From positions 3,634 through 67,633 of the forward strand of contig LHBX01000057.1 of assembly GCA_001704065.1 (NCBI GenBank): a stretch of 64,000 nucleotides of DNA, given 5' to 3'. Positions 52,819 through 62,472 of the stretch are shown here, one piece after another (position 1 is the first letter of the stretch; each line of letters opens with the position of its first letter). The translations under genes were made by a program, and so were the position numbers. Under the pieces are notes generated by a model that saw nothing but the letters and a program-made list of their open reading frames with translations, was not told where the DNA came from and searched no databases. Origin of the DNA: Pelagibacteraceae bacterium GOM-A1. Its GTDB lineage: Bacteria; Pseudomonadota; Alphaproteobacteria; Pelagibacterales; Pelagibacteraceae.

Positions 52819-54825
52819 CAAAAGATTTCTTTCAGTCTTGAGTTTATTATTTTCTTTGATCAACTGAATAATCATGTCTTTCATTATTCTATTCTCTTCA
52901 ACTGCTCTACCACTTATCTCAGCCAATCTTTCATTTTCTTTAGCTAGCTGCAATTGATCAAATAATTTTTCTAGTTCTGGATCAATAGGTAGACCCTCTA
53001 TTTTTTTGCTAATATTATTCTGAATTACTTTAGTTAATGAAATACTTACTTGGCTGTCTTTAAGTCCATTTTGTTCATTAAACTCTAGATTAAAGTTTAG
53101 ACCAAAATCATCAGTATTTTTGCTGATATTTAAACCAGCTTTTACTGCTAAATCATCATCCATATAATGGGCCATGTCTTTTCTTTCACCGTCTGCAACA
53201 ATGTCAATTTTTTCACTCAAAGTTTGATTTAAAGATAGGCCTGTATATGGTTTAAGCACAAAACCATTTTCAAAAGATTTTGAATACTCAACGTTAAATC
53301 CACCTGATAATACTTGATCCACTGCATCATCAACTGATAGATCCCCATCTGTAAAAGATGTTAGATAAGTTGGAAGTCTTCTTAGACCATATTTACCATC
53401 CACTTCAATATTTAAACTTTGACTATCATCAATTTTTATATCTTTAGATACTTTATAATTTACAGCAGCAAACTGACCTAGATTTTCTTTTGAAATAGTT
53501 TGTTGTGTTTCAGTTTCAAGATCTAAATATTTATTTTGAGTTAATCCAAAAATTGAAACGACAGAAAATTTAAATTTCTCGTAATCAATATCTTTTTTTA
53601 AACCAATAGCTAAATTTTCACTATCTAAAGCTTCTCCATTATTAAATTTTGCCTGCTGAGATGAATAACTTAAGAACGGTGTAAAGTTATCATTTTCAAT
53701 TTTAAAGTCTCCCGTTACACCACTTGTTTCACTTTTATAAATATTATCTCTTTTTTTAACAGAATAATATCCACTAGATTTTTTTTCTTCTGAAACCGAA
53801 TTGAAAATATCATTTAAATTAGATAAAAATATTTCTGATCTATATTTTTTATTATGGCTATCAATATCTAAATCTTCACCATAAATTCTTAAATATCCAT
53901 TTGTTTCAGAATTATCTGCATCTGGATTTAAATTTGAGTCTAGAATTTCATAAGTATCATTCCCACATAAATTGTTGATTACCCTCATATTTTGTTTCTC
54001 ATGAATTTCTATGGTCTGATCTCTTGAAATACTACAATCTAACGTAAAGTCGAAAAATGTTACACCGGTTGTTCCGTTTTGATCACTAAGTAGAATTTTA
54101 CCATCATAATGTCCTTCTCCTTTTGTTATTAAATTAAATCCCGAAGTTACATTGTTATCATCGCTAACATATATTGAATTTCTATCGTTATGAGTTGTGC
54201 CAGCAATTAAACCAGAATTAATAATTGTAGCATTATTTAATGAGCCATGACCTTTACCAAGTCTAATTCCATGTCTTAAATTTGTAATTGTTCCAGTGTT
54301 TGTTATTGTTGCATTTGTACCATTGGTAAGGTAAATGGCAGCACCAGTTGTATTATTTGCAGAAATAGTACCACTGTTTGTAATGGCTATATCGCTAGTT
54401 TCTAGACCTTGTATAGCATATTTTCCACCATGAATAGTTCCACTATTAACAATCTCAGTGTCATTTGTTTTCTGAACTAAAACAGCAGTGCTACTGCTAG
54501 CATTTTCATTTTGAGCTGTATTTATTGTACCTGAATTAGTAATTCTATTTGTTCCAGGGGCGCTTTTCATATTTATGGTATCACCCGTTGCACTTATCAA
54601 ACCATGGTTGATTACGGTTGTATTTGATGCACCAACACCATTATTTGCTCTTACTGCTTTAGATCCACTAAATACTATTGAACCAGTTGACTTAACAGTC
54701 AAGGTTTCACTTGCTCCACAAGTTTGCACATCAGTTAGCGCAGTAGTTACAGTTTTAAGACAAGTAGCATGACCTAAAGAGCTAAATAAAAAGAATAAAA
54801 TTAAGCTGAGGTATATTTTTTTCAT
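52807..54825 (-). CDS. autotransporter-like outer-membrane protein with beta-helix passenger and C-terminal coiled-coil tail
   Basis: Signal peptide, six [IV].N.G.I repeats, amphipathic beta-strand region, then ~71 helical residues; SD-like AGGTG upstream. Confidence 0.6.
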   Translation of the reverse strand: MKKIYLSLILFFLFSSLGHATCLKTVTTALTDVQTCGASETLTVKSTGSIVFSGSKAVRANNGVGASNTTVINHGLISATGDTINMKSAPGTNRITNSGTINTAQNENASSSTAVLVQKTNDTEIVNSGTIHGGKYAIQGLETSDIAITNSGTISANNTTGAAIYLTNGTNATITNTGTITNLRHGIRLGKGHGSLNNATIINSGLIAGTTHNDRNSIYVSDDNNVTSGFNLITKGEGHYDGKILLSDQNGTTGVTFFDFTLDCSISRDQTIEIHEKQNMRVINNLCGNDTYEILDSNLNPDADNSETNGYLRIYGEDLDIDSHNKKYRSEIFLSNLNDIFNSVSEEKKSSGYYSVKKRDNIYKSETSGVTGDFKIENDNFTPFLSYSSQQAKFNNGEALDSENLAIGLKKDIDYEKFKFSVVSIFGLTQNKYLDLETETQQTISKENLGQFAAVNYKVSKDIKIDDSQSLNIEVDGKYGLRRLPTYLTSFTDGDLSVDDAVDQVLSGGFNVEYSKSFENGFVLKPYTGLSLNQTLSEKIDIVADGERKDMAHYMDDDLAVKAGLNISKNTDDFGLNFNLEFNEQNGLKDSQVSISLTKVIQNNISKKIEGLPIDPELEKLFDQLQLAKENERLAEISGRAVEENRIMKDMIIQLIKENNKLKTERNLLLKN

Positions 54826-54837
54826 TACACCTTTTTA

Positions 54838-57800
54838 TTAATTTTCTCTCCAAGACTTTCTGTAAGTTTGAACCTCACCAGTAGCAGCATCTAATGTAAC
54901 AAGGTCAGCAACTGCTCCTAACGATTTACCTGATATATTTGCAAAAATTTTGCCAGCGAAAAGTACAATTTCTGATAAGACCCCTTTACCAACAAATCTA
55001 CATAAAGTTTTTTGTTGTTCTGTTCTTTTAGATTCTAATCCAATAAACGAGTCATGTGTTCCGCATTCATCATCAGTTACACAAATTAATGCATCTCCCA
55101 AGTCACATTTGTTTTGAGATACAGATGGTCTATAAACTGGGAAGTAAACCATACCATTGTTTACTTTTGGTTGAGCAGTAACTTTAGCAAAATCTTTTAA
55201 TACAACATACCAACCTCTATCCTTATCTGTCACTCTACAAGTAGTTCCGCTTCTATCATTTGATGTATTTTGACATTTTGTAATATCATCTGCATTTTTT
55301 GGAGTTGCGATAGATTTATAGAATGGATAATCTGGATCTTTTATTCCAATCATTAAGTTATTTGTTCCTTTTACTCTTGCATTCAATCTTTGAGCATCCC
55401 CAGTTCCAGCGTACAACCATAAATTATTTGTTGTTCCACCAATTGAAGCATCTAATGGTTTATACATGTATCTACCATTTGATTTAGTTGCTCCTGCTTT
55501 AAATAATGTTGTTATGTCATACATTTTTATAGGTACATTTTGAGGATCTGTACTCATATTTGTTAAATTTAATTTACTAATTTTACCTTCTAAATCAGAC
55601 AAATATACAAGTGCTCCTGCAAAGTCAGCACCCCTTGCTTTATCTGGAGTAATAACTGTTAATGATGCGGGAACAGAATTATCAATATCGCTTGCAGTAG
55701 TATCTTCTACCGTAATTGTCTTTATTAATTGTCCAAACTTATCTTTTGATTGCAGATCAATAACAAATACATTACTACCAGCTCCTGAGAATTGAGCACC
55801 AAAACCTCCACCCATTACAGCGACTGATATATCGTCATCTCTGACATTGTCTCCAGCACCAGCATTAGGTAGTCTAAATATTCTTGGATCTGACCATGTT
55901 TCTCCAAGAGTACTGTAGTCCCATTCAGGGTCTGTTACAACTCCAGTACCAACTGCTCCTTGTTTTATATTCACTCCGATCGGTGAGTTGTCTCTTTGAG
56001 TTTTGGACTCATCAGCATCAAATTTCATTTTTTTGTTGAAATTAATTTGAGTGTTTCCAGATGTATCATAGCTAATTGTAATGCTATTTGTTATATCAAC
56101 TCCATCTTCAAGAACTGATAGCATACTTTTAGTTAGACTTTTTACTGGTAAAGTCCATTTTGTGCTTTCGTAACAATATTTTGTTTGTGTATCATCACAA
56201 GTTTGCTTACTGGCAACTTCATTATCTTTATCTGGAGCATAAACGTTACCTACTTCTTGCGCCTCTAGAAATTCACTTAGAGGATAAGATGTACCTATAT
56301 AATCATATACAAAAACATTATTTGCATGATCCATTCTGTACACCTGATTATTAATCATATCATTATATATTGAGACTAAATGCTCTGGTTTTGCAGGATC
56401 AGTCACATCTAACACAGAGAAACCACTACCTCCTCTTCCATAAGGTACAAACAATACGGTATGCCAATTTGCAGATGTATCATGTGGACTTTGAAAGAAA
56501 ATATCATGTTGAACGGGAGATCCATCAACACCATAAATTGCATTTGAACCTCCTTTGTTTGGATTAATTTCATTTAAGTTAGTATTCATTATTGTAGGTA
56601 ATCTTGATGCTATAAATGGTGGCACAAATCCCCACAATTCTACTCCTGAGCCTGCATCTAAAGCATGCAAAACTCCGCTGTTTGATCCAGCATAAATTAC
56701 AGGTTTTCTCAATCTCTGAGATTCTGCCCAACTATCATATCCCTTAGTTGATCTCCAATAAGCCTCTTGATTTTCACTTGTAAAAGCTGTTTCTGCAGTT
56801 GGTGGTCCTACAACAACTAATTGTGAATGGTAAACATCTCCCATTGGCTTAGCTCTTGTTTCTGTCAGATTACAATCTGCATCATAATCAAAATAATCTG
56901 TCCCTCTAATAAAATTAATTAAGCCTTTTAAATCATCATCTGTTCCATCTGCTACACCACTTGTGTTTGCACATCTTTTATTATTTATAGAATTATCAGT
57001 ATTTTTAGTTTTTCTGTGATAGTCCTGAATATCAAACCCTTTTAGAGTTAAGATACTTTCAATCGCTGAAGAATTACTTTCTACCCAGTTGTTATAATTT
57101 GTCGAATAATCCGTTCCAGGAATTGGACTCCATATCTTTCTATTCCCTGGTTTAGGCAGTACATCAACAGCTGACCAATTACCTTTATCTTTTGTATCAA
57201 GATTTCCTTTTTTATCTATTTTTGTTCTCTTAATTGTTCCAGTCCACTCTTTATTTTGAGCATAATCAAACTGTGCTTGATACAATGATCCATCAGAGTT
57301 TAATGTTGCAGTAATAGCAGGCGCTGTGAAAGATAACTTAGATGCAATTATTTGCGAAACAGCAGCAGCTAGTTGAGTTTTGAGTGACTCTGCTGTTGGA
57401 GCAACAATAGCTTTTGTTGTTCCTCCTGCCACAGCTAGTTCATTAAAATACCTCATTCCTCTATTGCTAATTCCTGTTCCAAAAGCAATTGCGAATGTGG
57501 GTATCTTATAATTATTAAATAAGTTTTTTGCCATAGCCACAGCTTTTGAGTGATTGTACCAATCACCATCTCCAATAACGAGGACATAACTTTTTTGACA
57601 AGGTGAATTTTTATCAATTGGGCTTAAACTTCCATGAAGATAATAGTCTTGAGCTATTTTCATAAATGTATAGGCATCAGTTCCACCTCTTGCATTAACT
57701 GACGAAATAATTTTGTTAATTTGCGCAGCCCCATTATTATGAACTCTTACTTTTAAACAGTTTTGGGTATCACAAGGTTTTGCTCTACCTGTGGTTATAT

Positions 57801-58974
57801 CCCCTGACCATGAACTAAAACCTGGTGGCCATGCTTTCGATGACCATGAACTTGACCAATAACCAAAGCCAAAATTTACACCTGATGTTAAATTGGAGTC
57901 TGTGACCACTGCTTTTATGGCTTTATGTGCTGCTGCCATTCTTGTAGTTGCAGCATATCCACCAATAGACTTTATATATGTTCCATTTTCATCAAAGACC
58001 TGAACTTTTTTTGCATTATATCCATAGGTAATAATCCTATCATTGCTATGATCATAACTAATTCCAAAAGGATAATAAAAAAATGTATTACTTGCAGTTG
58101 AAATACCCATGTATCGGTATCTGCCTTTGTCCCAATTTAATGTGTATCCAGTTCTTGACGAGTTAACAGTTATTTTACGCATCTTATTATAGCTACGAGC
58201 CATAATATAAAGCACATCATTTGTGTTAGGGTCTGCTTCCATTCCATAAACATAGCCTGAAGCACGATCTCTAAAATATTTAGCTCTTCCTGAAGGACAC
58301 AAAGTGCCTCCAACACTAGTTAAAGGAGCACTATAAAGATAACGACTATAGTGACTGTAAAGAGTATTGTTACTTCCTGCAATAGCATATGTATATCTCC
58401 ATTCATTATGGAAATTACAACGTCTTCCACTATTAGTTTTCAGGTTCATTGAATACAAACCACTGTTGGAAGTGGTAAATAAATAATTTTGATAAACTGT
58501 TACACCTCTAGGATAAGTGCCAGTAGCTAAACTTCCTAAACAAGCACCATCTGAAAGTCTAATCTTTCTAATTCTATGGTCATATAAACTTGCCACATAC
58601 ATGACCCCGTTATAAACATCTGCACTGTAAGGATAGTAAGTTCGACATGACCCACTCATACCAACTCTTCCATTTGAACCCCAAGAAGTATCAGTTTTAC
58701 CAGTAGTATAATCTATTTTTCTAACCCCATATCTTGAAAATTGTGCAATATAAATATTTCCTGAACTGTCCGTAACACCATCAAACATTCTATTGATTGA
58801 TTGTGCGTTACTCATTCTCCAACCCATACTTCCAGATTTATCTAAAAGAATTAATAAGTTGGAAGGAACATCAGCTTGTGTTCCAGTGCCTGGCGGCAAT
58901 AATTTTGCATGTAAGTTTGATGCAAAAAAAGAAAAGAACAGTATTAGGCTGGATATAAAAATTTTAAATTTCAT
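54838..58974 (-). CDS. pilY1: PilY1/PilC type IV pilus tip adhesin (vWA + inserted NHL propeller + PilC propeller)
   Basis: Signal peptide, LLDKSGSM MIDAS motif, GGT and IGDG, GDVYHS, YAGSN.G.LHA.D...G.E.WGFVP, GVDGSP, LGETWS.P. Confidence 0.9.
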   Translation of the reverse strand: MKFKIFISSLILFFSFFASNLHAKLLPPGTGTQADVPSNLLILLDKSGSMGWRMSNAQSINRMFDGVTDSSGNIYIAQFSRYGVRKIDYTTGKTDTSWGSNGRVGMSGSCRTYYPYSADVYNGVMYVASLYDHRIRKIRLSDGACLGSLATGTYPRGVTVYQNYLFTTSNSGLYSMNLKTNSGRRCNFHNEWRYTYAIAGSNNTLYSHYSRYLYSAPLTSVGGTLCPSGRAKYFRDRASGYVYGMEADPNTNDVLYIMARSYNKMRKITVNSSRTGYTLNWDKGRYRYMGISTASNTFFYYPFGISYDHSNDRIITYGYNAKKVQVFDENGTYIKSIGGYAATTRMAAAHKAIKAVVTDSNLTSGVNFGFGYWSSSWSSKAWPPGFSSWSGDITTGRAKPCDTQNCLKVRVHNNGAAQINKIISSVNARGGTDAYTFMKIAQDYYLHGSLSPIDKNSPCQKSYVLVIGDGDWYNHSKAVAMAKNLFNNYKIPTFAIAFGTGISNRGMRYFNELAVAGGTTKAIVAPTAESLKTQLAAAVSQIIASKLSFTAPAITATLNSDGSLYQAQFDYAQNKEWTGTIKRTKIDKKGNLDTKDKGNWSAVDVLPKPGNRKIWSPIPGTDYSTNYNNWVESNSSAIESILTLKGFDIQDYHRKTKNTDNSINNKRCANTSGVADGTDDDLKGLINFIRGTDYFDYDADCNLTETRAKPMGDVYHSQLVVVGPPTAETAFTSENQEAYWRSTKGYDSWAESQRLRKPVIYAGSNSGVLHALDAGSGVELWGFVPPFIASRLPTIMNTNLNEINPNKGGSNAIYGVDGSPVQHDIFFQSPHDTSANWHTVLFVPYGRGGSGFSVLDVTDPAKPEHLVSIYNDMINNQVYRMDHANNVFVYDYIGTSYPLSEFLEAQEVGNVYAPDKDNEVASKQTCDDTQTKYCYESTKWTLPVKSLTKSMLSVLEDGVDITNSITISYDTSGNTQINFNKKMKFDADESKTQRDNSPIGVNIKQGAVGTGVVTDPEWDYSTLGETWSDPRIFRLPNAGAGDNVRDDDISVAVMGGGFGAQFSGAGSNVFVIDLQSKDKFGQLIKTITVEDTTASDIDNSVPASLTVITPDKARGADFAGALVYLSDLEGKISKLNLTNMSTDPQNVPIKMYDITTLFKAGATKSNGRYMYKPLDASIGGTTNNLWLYAGTGDAQRLNARVKGTNNLMIGIKDPDYPFYKSIATPKNADDITKCQNTSNDRSGTTCRVTDKDRGWYVVLKDFAKVTAQPKVNNGMVYFPVYRPSVSQNKCDLGDALICVTDDECGTHDSFIGLESKRTEQQKTLCRFVGKGVLSEIVLFAGKIFANISGKSLGAVADLVTLDAATGEVQTYRKSWREN

Positions 58975-59522
58975 TAATTTTGAGACTCACTTTTCGCCAT
59001 CTCTTCTTCAAGTTGATTATAGAAAATTCCAAGTAACTCATCATATTTTTTGTTAGAAAGATACATTTGCTCTTCAATAAATCCAAGATCATCCAAAGTT
59101 CTTTGGTAAACTATAAACTGCTTTGTTTTTTCAAATACTTCATACCCAAGATATGAGGTTGGAGTTTGACCTGTATCAAAGTCACCATAATTTCTTTTTA
59201 CATATTTCATTATAGTTAATTTTTCAGATTTTTTTGTGTCGCTTTCAGTATTTAAACTAATTAAATTAACCGCAGCTAGTTTGTCGTTTAAAAATCTATA
59301 CTCAATAGCAACATCTTTTAACCTGTGGTTTGGGCAGACTTCATCAGCAACAGCAATAACCATGCTCAATTCATCTTCTCCAAAATTTTCTAGTGGCATT
59401 GCTTGGCCATATTTGTCCTGTATTTTTGAGATATCCTCTCCAAAATCTAAATCAAATTTACAAGCTGCGTTTGCATGAATTGAGAAAAGGAATATGAAGC
59501 TTATTAAAATAATTTTTTTCAT
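58974..59522 (-). CDS. hypothetical secreted protein in the minor-pilin operon
   Basis: Sec signal peptide (..HANA/ACK), no pilin motif; stop overlaps the pilY1 start (TAATG). Confidence 0.75.
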   Translation of the reverse strand: MKKIILISFIFLFSIHANAACKFDLDFGEDISKIQDKYGQAMPLENFGEDELSMVIAVADEVCPNHRLKDVAIEYRFLNDKLAAVNLISLNTESDTKKSEKLTIMKYVKRNYGDFDTGQTPTSYLGYEVFEKTKQFIVYQRTLDDLGFIEEQMYLSNKKYDELLGIFYNQLEEEMAKSESQN

Positions 59523-59572
59523 AAACGTATATATTATCTTATTTTATTCATATTTTATTAGTTAATAAAACC

Positions 59573-60331
59573 TTAATTTTTAGGTAAAACTACCACACTT
59601 TCTAACGAAACTATCATTCTATCTTTTTCTTTTTCAGCTCCATAAATACCACAACCATAAACTCTGTAAGCAATACCATTCTTTGAAGCATCAGATGCCG
59701 TTAATTTAATGCTGGATCCTATTGCTTGTGTACTTGCAGCACCAATTCTTTCAATAAAGTACTCATAATAATAACTTTTCATTCTAACTGCTTCCTCTTT
59801 TTCAAAATCTTTACCTTTATTTCTAAAGGTATTTTCAAGAATTACTCCAAGATTAAAACTGTGAGCCACTTCTTTTTTCGTGGTTTCATTCTTTATAACT
59901 CTCATCCTTTTTTTGTCGTCTGGATTATCTCTATCAATATCTCTATAGCTTTTAAAACAAGATGTACCTGTATTTATAAATTTTCGATCAATTGTTGATG
60001 TAAATTTATATTTAGAACCTGGATTATAGTTTTGCGCACTCATAGTTCCTAAAAAAGGAGAGGTATGATCTTCTGGTAAATTTGCTTTTGAAGTATCTCT
60101 AGTGCTTTTTCCATCCCATGGTCCACTTTTCTCATTTAAAATATATTTCTCACCTTGTAGAAGTGCCATCTCTGCAGCATAAAATGTTTGTTGATATTGA
60201 TCACTGTTATTATTGCTTTGATGGTCACCCGATGAAATTAATATCAATGCTCCACCCATTAATGACATTGCCAATAGCAAAACTAATGACAAAACCATTG
60301 CAAACCCTTTTTCTGATTTTCTAATTATCAT
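59573..60331 (-). CDS. pilX: PilX-like minor pilin
   Basis: KG/FAMVLSLVLL without Glu+5; AAE.AL..GE helix typical of PilX_N. Confidence 0.85.
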   Translation of the reverse strand: MIIRKSEKGFAMVLSLVLLLAMSLMGGALILISSGDHQSNNNSDQYQQTFYAAEMALLQGEKYILNEKSGPWDGKSTRDTSKANLPEDHTSPFLGTMSAQNYNPGSKYKFTSTIDRKFINTGTSCFKSYRDIDRDNPDDKKRMRVIKNETTKKEVAHSFNLGVILENTFRNKGKDFEKEEAVRMKSYYYEYFIERIGAASTQAIGSSIKLTASDASKNGIAYRVYGCGIYGAEKEKDRMIVSLESVVVLPKN

Positions 60332-61125
60332 AATCCCATATTTCTTGTGTATGCTGATACAACTAAAGCTTCTCTTAAAAACTTATCTGTGAATTTCTTA
60401 TTAGATTTTTGACCTAAAAGTCTAAATGGTCTTTCCCGCTCTTTTCTAAAAAACTCACCTTGAGATCTTAAAGATACCATTATATCAACAACTTTAATCT
60501 TGTTACTATCGCTAAGTGTTTTAGGAATTGGATTCATCACTTTACCCTTGCTATCAATTGGAATAAAAATTAATTCTTGAACGTAATCAACTACTAATTC
60601 GTCTTTATAAAGCAAGTCATCAGTTGATTGTGTTGGTGCCGTCCAGCTAGATCCATTCCATTCATATTTTGATTTATAAATAGCATATGCATTAATTTTT
60701 TTGCTTGTTTTTTTGTCTACAATATTTGATGCTTTACACTCATAAACGACTTTGTATGTTTTATATAAAAAAACTGGTGGTTTAGCGTTAAGATTTTTAG
60801 GATCTCTAATTCTATCACCGTAAGTTATTTCAATTTTATCACAACCGCTACCTGGAGCTTTTGTAATTAAAATTGGAACGTAATTTGTTGGGGTTTTACT
60901 GACATCATCAAAATATCTAAAACCTGCAATTCTTATATCTCTCACTAACATTCCAATCATATCTCTTCCTGTCTGACTAATCTTTGCTCGATCAATTACT
61001 TGGGAATAACTATTATTAACTGCGTTGTAAGATGTAAACATAGCAGCCATCATTATCATTGAAATCACAACCCCAATAAGAATTTCAATTAGCGTTACTC
61101 CAGTTTCTGAATTAAATTTTTTCAT
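60328..61125 (-). CDS. pilW: PilW-like minor pilin
   Basis: TG/VTLIEILI class III signal; L.RDIR.AG motif. Confidence 0.85.
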   Translation of the reverse strand: MKKFNSETGVTLIEILIGVVISMIMMAAMFTSYNAVNNSYSQVIDRAKISQTGRDMIGMLVRDIRIAGFRYFDDVSKTPTNYVPILITKAPGSGCDKIEITYGDRIRDPKNLNAKPPVFLYKTYKVVYECKASNIVDKKTSKKINAYAIYKSKYEWNGSSWTAPTQSTDDLLYKDELVVDYVQELIFIPIDSKGKVMNPIPKTLSDSNKIKVVDIMVSLRSQGEFFRKERERPFRLLGQKSNKKFTDKFLREALVVSAYTRNMGL

Positions 61126-61766
61126 CAGTTCATTTGAAAATATAAATATTTTTTCTTTTGAACAGTTTCACCTTTAGTATCCGTCCCTGTAGTTGGCATT
61201 AATATTTCCATTCTGCCGATATAAGTTTTGTCCCAAATATCATCATTACGATAATCACAGTTTGGTCTACTCTTACCATTTTCTTTTACGTTATTTCTAC
61301 AAATCTCATAAACTTTTAATTTTTTTGTATCTTTGGTTGTTGTTGAGTTAACACTTGTGGGTTTGCATTTAATTCTGTCGCTTGATACTCTCAAATTCCA
61401 TTTTTGTGTTTTATTATCAATTGCAATATCTTTACCTTTATAAGGATTGCCTGTTATATTTTTTTTCGGTTTACATTCTGCATTTTGCCAAGCGTAATCA
61501 TTCTTATCCGTTAAGTTAGCTAGATGTTCATAAAGTTTATCATCACCTTTTTTTGAATTTGCATCTCCAATTAAATCTTCTGCTATCATAGCAGTGATAT
61601 AATTAGATTTTGTTCTTTCCCCAGAAACATCAATTGATCTAACTGAATAATTGACCATCTGAAAAACCGCTATAAAACCTATTCCAACAATAGCCGTTGC
61701 AACTAAAGCTTCTAAAAGCGTTAAACCCTTTTCTTTTAATTTACTGTCTATTCCAATCACTTCCAT
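61125..61766 (-). CDS. pilV: PilV-like minor pilin (exact start uncertain)
   Basis: KG/LTLLEALV class III signal; position between the FimT-like and PilW-like genes. Confidence 0.75.
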   Translation of the reverse strand: MEVIGIDSKLKEKGLTLLEALVATAIVGIGFIAVFQMVNYSVRSIDVSGERTKSNYITAMIAEDLIGDANSKKGDDKLYEHLANLTDKNDYAWQNAECKPKKNITGNPYKGKDIAIDNKTQKWNLRVSSDRIKCKPTSVNSTTTKDTKKLKVYEICRNNVKENGKSRPNCDYRNDDIWDKTYIGRMEILMPTTGTDTKGETVQKKKYLYFQMN

Positions 61767-62472
61767 TCCATTTAAATTTACTTACATTACCAAATCTTGA
61801 CCATTTTACTAAATAGGCTGGTTTTTTAAGAACTTTTCCTTTTGTAGGACATTTGTTTGCATTTTTTTTTGCGTTCTCATAAGTGCAAATAACAATGTAA
61901 TTAGGAGTAGCGCTACCTTCAACAATGATGTTAACGTTACTTCCTTTTGAAAGAGCATTGGTTGCTTTATAATAATTTCCTCCTTTACCAAAACATATTG
62001 CAGATGTTAATAGAAAATGAACTGCAATTTTAGACTCGCCAATTACATTTTCCTCAGGATTGAAAATTTCGTAATACTCACTAAAATTTGTTCCCTCAAT
62101 ATTTTTACGTGGTTTACCAAAATCATCCCAATAACCTGATGAGGATACTGGACAATTAATTTGTCCATTCTGCAATTTTTGTTTGAAATTTTTATCTCCC
62201 ATTCCCTTTGATACAAAAATTGAGCTTTCTTGGTTTTTAGAGCCTGTAAATGTTTGTACCATTAATTGGCTATAAGCTAAGTTTCCTCTTTGAGTTTGTG
62301 TTGCAATATTAGAAATCATGCTTGCAACTTTTTCTGTTGCAGCTCTTACTTTTCGTTCTGTGCTCCATTTTGAAAAACTTGGATATGCAACTCCAGATAT
62401 GATTGCTACAATTGCAATAACAACTAGCAATTCTAAAATTGTGAAACCTTTAATGTCCTGATCTTGCTGCAC
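61741..62472 (-). CDS. FimT/FimU-like minor pilin
   Basis: KG/FTILELLVVIAIVAII...AYPSF; GTG start overlaps the pilT 3' end by 23 nt. Confidence 0.8.
   Translation of the reverse strand: MQQDQDIKGFTILELLVVIAIVAIISGVAYPSFSKWSTERKVRAATEKVASMISNIATQTQRGNLAYSQLMVQTFTGSKNQESSIFVSKGMGDKNFKQKLQNGQINCPVSSSGYWDDFGKPRKNIEGTNFSEYYEIFNPEENVIGESKIAVHFLLTSAICFGKGGNYYKATNALSKGSNVNIIVEGSATPNYIVICTYENAKKNANKCPTKGKVLKKPAYLVKWSRFGNVSKFKWNGSDWNRQ

Noticed and set aside
59553-59570. TTTTATTA-GT-TAATAAAA hairpin after pilX as a terminator
   Set aside because: The stem is A/T only and too weak, and is expected by chance at this base composition.
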